DNA of 64,000 bases from Octopus sinensis (taxonomy: Eukaryota): the NCBI RefSeq assembly GCF_006345805.1, contig NC_043011.1:33988464-34052463 (forward strand), in the 5' to 3' direction. Of this stretch, positions 27,458 through 38,500 are shown piece after piece. A model generated the notes under the pieces. That model was not told the DNA's origin. It searched no databases and worked only from the letters and a program-made list of their open reading frames with translations. How positions within the stretch are numbered: the first letter of the stretch is position 1; every line of letters begins with the position of its first letter. Position numbers and translations under genes: made by a program.

Positions 27458-27886
27458 ATATAATATACATATACATACATACACACATACATACATGTAC
27501 ATATACATATACATACACACATATACACACACATAATATATCAACAATTGAGGGTAAAGTTAATTAGTTATTAATCAATTTCACCAAGTATTCAGTATGT
27601 AAAAGGACCATTATTTTTTTGAGTAATGTCTGAGGGAAAATATTCTCTAAGTAGTGGAAGAGGCTAAAAACTTTTTTGGCTGCTATTCTAGAAGTTCTAC
27701 TACTTAGAGAATATTTTCCCTCAGACATTACTCAAAAAAATAATGGTCCTTTTACATACTGAATACTTGGTGAAATTGATAATAACTAATTAACTTTACC
27801 CTCAATTGTTGATATATGTATGTGGGTGTATATGTGTGTATGTATATGTATATGTACATGTATGTATGTGTGTATGTATGTATATG

Positions 27887-27942
<56 letters not shown>

Positions 27943-27963
27943 GTATGCGTGGGTGTGTTGTGT

Positions 27964-28004
<41 letters not shown>

Positions 28005-28788
28005 TGTATGTGTGTGTGTGTATATGTGTTATCTATTATATTATATATATATATATATGTATATGTATATGTATGTGTGTGTGTATATGTATATATGTGT
28101 ATATATCTGAGTGTACGCGAGTATGTCGATGTATATGTAGGTATGTAGAGTTATGTGTATGTGCATGTATGTGAGTGTAGATACAAACTGTAGATGCGTA
28201 TATATATGTGTGTGTATATAGGTATATGTATGTGTGTGATATATTATATATATATATATATATAGGAGATAAATAAAAATATATGCATACATACAAACAT
28301 ATATGTACGTACCTACATCTACATGTATATATACATGCATATATAAATAATTATACGGAAGTACAGGACATCACAATAAGACGTAGAAACAGAAAAAGCC
28401 AAAAACAAAAAACAAAAAACAGAAACGGAAAAAACGAAAACCAAATACAGGACAGGTTACACAAGGACAAACCCCCGTCATCAGCTGTCGCTAGAGGAGT
28501 CAGGCATGTTTCGAAGGCATAACAGTATATATATATATATATATATAATGTATATGCGAGTATGTGCATGTGTATATATGTGTGTATATATATGTATAGG
28601 TATGTGTATGTGTATGTATGTATATATATATATGTGTGTGTGTGTATGTATGCATATATGTATGTATGTATGTATGTATATGTGTATGTATATATATGGT
28701 GTAAGTGTGTGTGTATATATGTATATGTAAGTGTGTGTGCGTGTATGAGTAGTATGTATGTTTGCACACATGTATATGTGTGTGTATA

Positions 28789-28831
<43 letters not shown>

Positions 28832-29121
28832 TATATATATATGTTAATATATATATTAATATATAGTATATATATTATGTATGTGGGTGTGTGTATATAT
28901 GTGTGTATGTGTATGTATGTATGTATATATATGCGTGTGTATGTGTATGTGTATATGTACATATACGTGTACGCTCGTGTGTTTATGTATATGTAGGTAC
29001 GTAGAGTTATCTATGTGTGTATGTATTTGTACATGTGTGTAAGTATGTATATATATATATATATGTGTATATGTGTGTGTATATATATATGTATATATGT
29101 ATATGTATATATATGTGTGTA

Positions 29122-29164
<43 letters not shown>

Positions 29165-29808
29165 AAGTTTATATGTATGTATCCGTCTATATAATAGGTA
29201 ACTGCACGTACATATACTTAATATTTATTATTTATTTTTTGAGTATGCATAACTGCGCGTATATATATTTTACTATTTACTTATTTTTTGAGTATGCATG
29301 TAAGTATGAATATAAGGAGGCACGTGTGTGTGTGTGTATGTGTAAGCATAGATATATGTATACTTTTACGCATGTGTGTACTTATGTGTATATATGGATG
29401 CGCGGGTGTGTGTGTGTGTGTATGGGTACGCATGTACATGTGTATGTGCGTGTATGTGTATATGAGTATGTATGTATGTGTGTGCGTATTATTTGTATAT
29501 GTATGTATGTATATGTATGGTGTGTATGTATATATATAGATATATATATATATATATATGTGTGGTGTATGTGTATGGTATGTATATGTATATGCGTATG
29601 TGTATGTATTTGTATGTGTATGCATGCGCGTATATATATGTACGTATATGTATACGTGTGGGTGTGTGTATGTGTATAAATGTATGTATGTATGGATGTA
29701 TGTATGTATGTATGTATACGTATGTATGTGTATGTGTGTATATGTATGTATGTGTATGTGTGTGTATATGTATATATGTATATGTATATGTGTATATGTA
29801 TGTATATG

Positions 29809-29839
<31 letters not shown>

Positions 29840-30326
29840 GTATGTATATATATGTGGATATGTATGTATATGTATATATATATATACATGTATGTATTTG
29901 TATGTAGGTGTATATGTATGTGTGTGTATTTATATTTATTGGTGTATATGTATAGACTAGCCTTCTAAGAGTGTAGACATGAATCTGTAGGTACGCGTAC
30001 GTATGTGTATATACGTGAATGTATGTAGATGTATGTATGTATGAATATAACGCGTGCGTGCGTTGTATGTGTATGAGTGTGCGAATGAGTGAGTGTACGT
30101 GCTAAAGAGTGTGCGTGAGTAAATGAGTGCTTGTTTTCCAGTAGACAGATAAATGGACTGGCTGTCATAGCCAAGATGTTTGTGACCAGCGATCAAAGAT
30201 AACAAAAGTAATAAATGAAGATAATAAAATTAAAATTAGGGAATGGGTCTGTATTTGTATGTGTATATATTGTGTGTATGTGTAGGTATGCATAGGTACA
30301 CATATGTATATATATATATATATATA

Positions 30327-30381
<55 letters not shown>

Positions 30382-30971
30382 GTATGTATATGTATGTGTG
30401 TGATATGTGTGTGTATGTGTATATATGGTATATAGGGACTAGTGTGCTGCTGTGTGTGCATATGTGTGTGTATGCGTGTATGTGAGTATGTGTGTGTATG
30501 TGTATATATATTTTCTGTGTGTATATGTATGTGTGTGGTCGGTGTGTATATATACATGTGTGTATACGTGTATGCATGTGAGTGTGTGTATGTATATATA
30601 TGTATATGTGTATGTGTAGATATGTATATGTATGTGTAAGTGTATATATATGTATATATGTGTTTGTGTGTACGTATGTGTGTATGTATATGTATATATG
30701 TTTGTATGTGTGTGTATATATGTATACATATGTGCATAGGTATAAGTGAGAATCTCCTTAGTTACCTAAAACTCTATTCCCTTTTTTATATATATTTTTA
30801 TATATTTTTTTATATATTTTTTATTTATTCTTCTATCTAATTTAACACTGACTCCTTGACCACTCCCCCAAGTATGTGATATTTGCGCTATGCCTACCCC
30901 CAAAAAGTCCCCCACCAACATCCCTTTAAACCTGCCTAAATGTATAAATGCCAATACAATTCTTGTTAACT

Positions 30972-31022
30972 AGCTTCCTGAAGATTTCTCTTGAATGAAA
31001 CAGTTCTAGTCCTGTAGAAGCT
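30972..31022 (+). ncRNA. Type I hammerhead ribozyme motif (intact core)
   Basis: AGCTTC-CTGAAGA-T(TTC tctt GAA)T-GAA-ACAG ttctagtc CTGT-A-GAAGCT: 6 bp helix I, CUGANGA core, 3 bp helix II closed by U.U, 4 bp helix III, GUA cleavage triplet (cut after 31016). AATAAA follows at 31033. Confidence 0.75.
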
Positions 31023-31273
31023 CCTTCTATATAATAAATTAATTTTACTCTACTATGTATTGAGTACCTTATTTACTGTGGTTAACCCCGAATCAACCCG
31101 GGACCTACATATATATATATATATGTATATATACATACACACACACAAATATGGTAGGTAGATGGTAGAAACAAAGTATTGGAACAAGGATATTGGGGTA
31201 GGTATTTGGTTACATCTCTTTACATCCTCATTTCAAATACTGTCACAGTTCAACTTCACTTTTAATCATTTAC

Positions 31274-31330
31274 CAGACAGAGTAAAGGGCAGATAGACAT
31301 AATCGACTAAATCCTTGGAGGCAGTACCTT
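31274..31330 (-). CDS. ITSN1: Candidate alternative exon or exon extension (57 nt, phase 1-1)
   Basis: gatcattccag|AA...TCTG|gtaaat; reads E-GTASKDLVDYVYLPFTLS; separated from the upstream exon by 51 stop-free in-frame nt. Confidence 0.4.
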
Positions 31331-31381
31331 CTGGAATGATCACAGTACAACAAGAAAAAAATTCTAACAAAGAATACAAAC

Positions 31382-31480
31382 CAGGCAACTCATCAGTTTT
31401 AGATTCTCCATTCGTCGGCGTCGGAGATTGAGACATTCCCATGTGTCCTAGCAGGTCACTAAACACATCTTTTTGCGGGC
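31382..31480 (-). CDS. ITSN1: Intersectin exon, EH2 to coiled-coil linker (99 nt, phase 1-1)
   Basis: ttgttttgtgtcaag|...CCTG|gtttgt; reads G-PQKDVFSDLLGHMGMSQSPTPTNGESKTDELP; G+TC with the next exon gives LP-V-TFED, as in vertebrate KKLPVTFEDK. Confidence 0.85.
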
Positions 31481-31764
31481 CTTGACACAAAACAAGCAAA
31501 ACAAACATATATAATATATATCAATAAATAAAAATACTGAAATACAATGCTACATAATGCTTAACAGTAGTCTAACAGTGAATATCTAGTCTCATGAAAA
31601 TCAGCTGTCTTTTCCAATCTAGGCTTTGTTTGGACTGAAATCTCCAATTTATTCCCATATGTATTTGTATGTTTTTCTCGTTGTTGTTTACTGCCCTACC
31701 TCTTGTTCACCCTTGGTTAAGATCAAAGAGGTTTCAGCAATAATCATTCATTTTTGTTTTGTTT

Positions 31765-32350
31765 TAGACATCATGTATCTCAGACTACACAGTTCAATGT
31801 ATCCTTCATAGTATATCTAAGATTACATTATATAATGTTTCTCTATGACATAGTGCACCTAGGACTACCTTATCCAAAGTGGCCTTTGGACACAGTATAT
31901 AGGAAGTACATTGTCTAATGTGTCTTTTAGACAGTATATCTACAACTACACTAGCCATGTATACATCTGACATAGTGTATCTAGGACAACATATCTCACA
32001 TGTCCTTCAGATCTAGTATATCTAGGACTACACTAACGAATGTATATGTCTGACACAGTGTATCTAAGACAACATATTTCATACATCCTTGAGATCTAGT
32101 GTATCTAGGACTACAGTATATAATGTGAGTTTTAGATGTCTCTAGAAATACATTATTTAAAGCATCCTTTAGACAGTGTATCTAAGACTACATTACAGTG
32201 TCCTTCCTAGCTAGTATATCTAGAACTACATTATCCAATGTGTTCTTCCTACATAGTGTATCAAGGACTACATAATCCAGTGTGTCCTAGATATATTTTA
32301 TTACACAATGTGTCCTCATGTATCCAACTGAATACCATTATCCAATGCGA
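31765..32350. repeat. Degenerate tandem repeat, ~41-bp unit, ~13 copies
   Basis: tagtgtatctaggactacattatccaatgtgtcc-like unit; tatct anchors spaced 36-42 nt apart. Confidence 0.85.
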
Positions 32351-32761
32351 CTAATGTGCATTTACAGTTTGTAAAACAGCAGTGTATAACTTGAGTGAGA
32401 TTTGACTGCTATTTTTAGCAGCTTGGGTATAGACTCCTTCATTGACTAGTCACAATTTAGTTCTACACAAGTGTGAAAAAAACAGGAGCCATACACATTA
32501 GATACACATGAAAAAATAAACAGTATCAATAGATATGGTCAAACATGAAATTAAGTTGTTAAAGGGTTTGCTTCCCAACCACATAAATCTGGGTTCAATT
32601 CCAGTTTGTGGTACCTTGGGACAACCATCTTTTAAAGCAGTCTCAAGTCAACCAGTGATTGGTGACTGAAATTCAGTAAATGGAAACTGTGCAGAAGCTT
32701 ATCATATGTGTGTGTGTGTATGTATGTATGTATATGTGTGTGCATATGTAAAAATGTCAAT

Positions 32762-33035
32762 CATCATCATCATCGTTTAACGTTCGTTCTCCATGCTAGC
32801 ATGGGTTGGACGGTTCGACCGGGGATCTGGGAAGCCAGAAGGCTGCACCAGGCTCCGGTCTTATCTGGCAATGTTTCTACAGCTGGATGCCCTTCCTAAC
32901 GCCAACCACTCCGTGAGTGTAGTGGGTGCTTTTTACGTGCCACCTGCACTGGTGCCAGGCGAGGCTGGCATCGACCACGGTCGGATTGGTGCATTTTACG
33001 TGCCACCTGCACGGAAGCCAGTCGGGGCGGCACTA
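32762..33035 (-). mobile_element. RTE-tail family repeat, well-preserved copy
   Basis: catcatcatcgtttaacgttcg...ggatgcccttcctaacgccaaccactcc; CpGs retained; closely similar to 52480-52715. Confidence 0.85.
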
Positions 33036-33470
33036 GCTTCGGTATGTATATATTAATATATAATACACAACAGTATATGGTAATATATGGACATTATTAT
33101 TATTATTATTATTATTATTGGTGGTGGTGGTGGTGGTGGTGTAAAACAACAGTGTTTATAAAACACTAGACTTAAAACAAAGACACAAGAACAGGATCTG
33201 CTAGAGGAATTAAATGCCAGAGAGAAATTAAAGACAGATTGTAGTTGAAGGAGAAAGAGTGAGGGGTGGTGGGAGACAGAAAGACAGTGAAAAAGTGAAG
33301 AGGCAAAGCTAAGAAGGAGAAAGACGAGAGAGAGAGAGGGGGGTGAAGAGGAAATAAAAATAGTAACAAGACAAAAGAGAAGAGAAAGAGAGGAAAAGAG
33401 AGAAGAAACAAAGCCTAAAAGGAAACAAAAGAAAAAAGAGAGGATGAAAGACAGGACAAGAAAGAGAGAC

Positions 33471-33529
<59 letters not shown>

Positions 33530-35163
33530 AACATTGATTTTGCTTCTTTTGTCATTCAAAAGCATAGAATTCAAAAGAGCATTGTGTTAGGACCATTGAG
33601 AGAGAGAGAGAGATAGGTAAACAGGATTAAGTTCTGTACAATCAACCTTATAGTCGATTGTACTCATCAGTCAACCAGGACCACAAAAATTGATTGTACA
33701 AAATCAAAGTAGGTGGACTGGCAGAATAATTAGACCATCATTTTACAATGCATGCAGCATTTAGTTCTGAGTTCAAATCCCATCAAGGTCAATTATGCCA
33801 TTCATCCTCTCAGGATTGGTTAGATAAAAATACCAATCAAATACTGGAGCTGATTTCTATTATAATACTTTCCAAACATAAATGGAACTATAACAGAAGG
33901 TATGGTTCATAATCCTGTTTCCTTTACACAAGGCACAAGCAGACACCACATATGTGCATGTAAAAGGCAGTGCCCCAGCATGGCCACAGTCTAATGACTG
34001 AAACAAGTGAAAGATATATATATATATCCCATCATCACCACCATTTGACATCTGTTGTCCATGCTGGGATGAATTGGACAGTTTGACCAGGGTTGGTAAG
34101 CTGAGAGGCTGCACCAGACTCCAGTCTGATTTGGTGTGGTTTCTATGGCTGGATGCTCTTCCTAACACCAACCACTTTACAGAGTGTACTGGGTGTTTTT
34201 CACGTGGCACTGCACAGACATTTTTAATGAAGGAATAAATGTATTATCATAACCTCCATTCTTGAACTTCCTATATTACACTCCAAGACAAATAAATTAT
34301 CCCTGGAATTTCAGTTTGCATGAAGAGTTTCCCTTAAGGGGTACTGTCTATTAGCAAGTATACACAGGAGTGCTGACTGAGAATACAACTGAGATTTCTA
34401 AATCGCCTTTTATTTGATATACATAACATCATCATCTTCGTTTAATGTCCATTTAATGTCCCTCCTCCCCACCCTACACTTTCTTTTTCTTTCCCCATCT
34501 ATAATAGATGTTAGTAGCTACGCAGCTCCCTCTGCAGGAACCCGCTCTGCCTGACTCTCTCATAATAAACCCCCTCACCTCCTAGCATGAAGCTGATCCC
34601 CTGCCTACCCCCAGGGTTCATAGTCCTGCAAACAGCATGATGACCTCAATTGTGCAGTTGGCACAAGAAAAAAAAATAGAAAGAAAGCACTGAGTCCATG
34701 CTTTTAATGTGGATGGTGTTAGAAAGGGCAACCAACACCAGGAACCATGCCTAAGCAGGCATGGGAGATCAATGCAATGCCTGAACACATCAATTCCTAT
34801 GAAAAGGTCCAATCCATGCCAACATGGAATATGGACATTAAAAGGCGATGACGATGATGATGATGATGATGATTATAATGATGATGATATTTCATGCTGA
34901 CATGGTTTGGACGGTTCGACAGGATTTGATGGTCCAAGGACTGCCTCATGCTCCAGTATCTGCTTTGGCATGGTTTCTACAGCTAGAGGCCTTTCGTAGT
35001 GCCATATATATGTATGTTTTGTGTAGTATAGGTTTTGGCATAGAAACCAAACCAAAACAGACTGGAAACTGTTACAGTGAAACCAGTTAAGGTCAAACCA
35101 TCTAACCCATGTCAGCATGATAAATGGACACTAAATGATGATAATAATGGTGATGTAGGTGTA

Positions 35164-35201
<38 letters not shown>

Positions 35202-35236
35202 TAGATAAACAGACTATATAGATAAGAAAAACCTAC

Positions 35237-35433
35237 CTGGTGTGCCAGGTTGGGAACCACTCGGTCCAGAGAGGCTACTTGAGCGACTTCCTCTATTGGA
35301 AGTAGAAGGGTGCAGACTAGGCGGTAGTTTGGCAGGTAAAGGTTGACCAGTACGAGCAACATCAATCAAATGCATGGCAATGCAAAATTCGTCACAAGAA
35401 AGCTTTCCATCACTATCAACATCCGACAGGTTC
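35237..35433 (-). CDS. ITSN1: Intersectin exon, end of EH2 domain with EF-hand loop (197 nt, phase 2-1)
   Basis: gaaatttcag|...CCAG|gtaggt; reads [67 protein letters not shown]; 12-residue EF loop [12 protein letters not shown] and EFxIAMHLI motif. Confidence 0.96.
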
Positions 35434-35586
35434 CTGAAATTTCAGAAAATAGAATATTAATTAGGCCAACTTTTCGTCAAGTCTTCGCATATACACATAC
35501 AAACACACACATGCGCATACGAAGTAAATATAGGAGTTGTGAGGTGGTTATACAGTTTACTAGAAATAGCAGTGAAATTTCCTCAA

Positions 35587-38500
35587 CCATATCATCACCA
35601 TCCAATATCCAATATTCAGGGCTTCATCGCTCCCATAGTAGGAACCCTTCCCTGGACTCCTTCCACCACTGACTGTCTCTGGTCAGTCATACCCATGTAG
35701 TTTCCCTGGACTCCTTCCACCACTGACTGTCTCTGGCCAGTCATACCCATGTAGTTTCCCTGGACTCCTTCTACCACTGACTGTCTCTGGCCAGTCATAA
35801 CCATGTAGTTTCCCTGGACTCCTTCTACCACTGACTGTCTCTGGCCAGTCATACCCATGTAGTTTCCCTGGACTCCTTCTACCACTGACTGTCTCTGGCC
35901 AGTCATACCCATGTAGTTTCCCTGGACTCCTTCTACCACTGACTGTCTCTGGCCAGTCATACCCATGTAGTTTCCCTGGACTCCTTCCACCACTGACTGT
36001 CTCTGGCCACTCATACCCATGTAGTTTCCCTGGACTCCTTCTACCACTGACTGTCTCTGGCCAGTCATACCCATGTAGTTTCCCTGGACTCCTTCTACCA
36101 CTGACTGTCTCTGGCCAGTCATACCCATGTAGTTCCCTGGACTCCTTCTACACTGACTGTCTCTGGCCAGTCATAACCATGTAGTTTCCCTGGACTCCTT
36201 CCACCACTGACTGTCTCTGGCCACTCATACCCATGTAGTTTCCCTGGACTCCTTCCACCACTGACTGTCTCTGGTCAGTCATACCATGTAGTTTCCCTGG
36301 ACTCCTTCCACCACTGACTGTCTCTGGCCAGTCATAACCATGTAGTTTTCCTGGACTCCTTCCACCACTGACTGTCTCTGGCCAGTCATACCCATGTAGT
36401 TTTCCTGGACTCCTTCCCCCACTGACTGTCTCTGGCCACTCATACCCATGTAGTTTCCCTGGACTCCTTCCACACTGACTGTCTCTGGTCAGTCATACCC
36501 ATGTAGTTTCCCTGGACTCCTTCCACCACCACTGACTATCTCTGGCCACTCATACCCATGTAGTTTCCCTGGACTCCTTCCACCACTGACTGTCTCTGGT
36601 CAGTCATACCCATGTAGTTTCCCTGGACTCCTTCCACCACTGACTGTCTCTGGCCAGTCATACCCATGTAGTTTCCCTGGACTCCTTCCACCACTGACTG
36701 TCTCTGGCCAGTCATACCCATGTAGTTTCCTGGACTCCTTCCACCACTGACTGTCTCTGGCCACTCATACCCATGTAGTTTCCCTGGACTCCTTCCACCA
36801 CTGACTGTCTCTGGTCAGTCATACCCATGTAGTTTCCTGGACTCCTTCCACCACTGACTGTCCTCTGGCCAGTCATACCCATGTAGTTTCCCTGGACTCC
36901 TTCCATCCACCACTGACTGTCTCTGGTCAGTCATACCCATGTAGTTTCCCTGGACTCCTTCCACCACTGACTGTCTCTGGCCAGTCATACCCATGTAGTT
37001 TCCCTGGACTCCTCCACCACTGACTGTCTCTGGTCAGTCATACCCATGTAGTTTCCCTGGACTCCTTCCACCACTGACTGTCCTCTGGCCAGTCATACCC
37101 CTGTAGTTTCCCTGGACTCCTTCTACAACTGACTGTCTCTGGCCAGTCATAAACCATGGAGTTTCCTGGACTCCTCTACCACTGACTGTCTCTGGCCAGT
37201 CATAACCATGTAGTTTCCCTGGACTCCTTCTACCACTGACTGTCTCTGGCCAGTCATACCCATGTAGTTTCGCTGGACTCCTTCTACCACTGACTGTCTC
37301 TGGCCAGTCATAACCATGTAGTTTCCCTGGACTCCTTCCACCACTGACTGTCTCTGGCCACTCATACCCATGTAGTTTCCCTGGACTCCTTCCACCACTG
37401 ACTGTCTCTGGTCAGTCATACCCATGTAGTTTCCCTGGACTCCTTCCACCACTGACTGTCTCTGGCCAGTCATACCCATGTAGTTTTCCTGGACTCCTTC
37501 CACCACTGACTGTCTCTGGCCAGTCATACCCATGTAGTTTTCCTGGACTCCTTCCCACTGACTGTCTCTGGCCACTCATACCCATGTAGTTTCCCTGGAC
37601 TCCTTCCACCACTGACTGTCTCTGGTCAGTCATACCCATGTAGTTTCCCTGGACTCCTTCCACCACTGACTAATCTCTGGCCACTCATACCCATGTATTT
37701 CCCTGGACTCCTTCCACCACTGACTGTCTCTGGTCAGTCATACCCATTAGTTTTCCTGGACTCCTTCCACCACTGACTGTCTCTGGCCAGTCATACCCAT
37801 GTAGTTTCCCTGGACTCCTTCCACCACTGACTGTCTCTGCCAGTCATACCCATGTAGTTTCCTGGACTCCTTCCACCACTGACGTCTCTGGTCAGTCATA
37901 CCCATGTAGTTTCCCTGGACTCCTTCCACCACTGACTGTCTCTGGCCAGTCATACCCATGTAGTTTCCTGGACTCCTTCCACCACTGACTGTCTCTGGTC
38001 AGTCATACCCATGTAGTTTCCTGGACTCCTTCCACCACTGACTGTCTCTGGCCACTCATACCCATGTAGTTTCCTGGACTCCTTCCACCACTGACTGTCT
38101 CTGGTCAGTCATACCCATGTAGTTTCCCTGGACTCCTTCCACCACTGACTGTCTCTGGCCAGTCATACCCATGTAGTTTTCCTGGACTCCTTCCACCACT
38201 GACTGTCTCTGGCTAGTCATACCCATGTAGTTTCCCTGGACTCCTTCCACACTGACTGTCCCTGGCCAGTCATACCCATGTAGTTTTCCTCCTGGACTCC
38301 TTCCACCACTGACGTCTCTGGCCAGTCATACCCATGTAGTTTCTCTGGACTCCTTCCACCACTGACTGCTCTGGTCAGTCATACCCATGTAGTTTCCCTG
38401 GACTCCTTCCACCACTGACTGTCTCTGGCCACTCATACCCATGTAGTTTCCCTGGACTCCTTCCACCACTGACTGTCTCTGGTCAGTCATACCCATGTAG

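Larger units (their letters stand above)
24388..31188. repeat. Giant inverted repeat (arms ~24388-27655 and ~27699-31188, 43-nt spacer)
   Basis: Unique islands match as reverse complements across the centre: cttgttccaatactttg (24388) vs caaagtattggaacaag (ending 31188); tcaacaattgagggtaaag (27541) vs ctttaccctcaattgttga (ending 27812). Confidence 0.93.

Noticed and set aside
27656-27698. Possible sequencing adapter at the palindrome centre
   Set aside because: Does not match the SMRTbell hairpin adapter; contains a native dispersed motif. Adapter-free fold-back chimeras remain possible.
28478-28514. Minus strand GAAAC...CTGATGA in the arm-specific insert
   Set aside because: No helix II or III pairing and no correctly placed NUH for type II or III topology.
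22465-30840. Dozens of long ORFs (up to 307 aa) rich in YI, HT and CV
   Set aside because: Translations of AT/AC/ATAC microsatellites, which cannot contain stops in most frames; no domain content.
33636-33670. Minus strand CTGATGA followed by an 11-bp hairpin
   Set aside because: Next bases are AGAAC, not GAAA, and no helix I or III forms.
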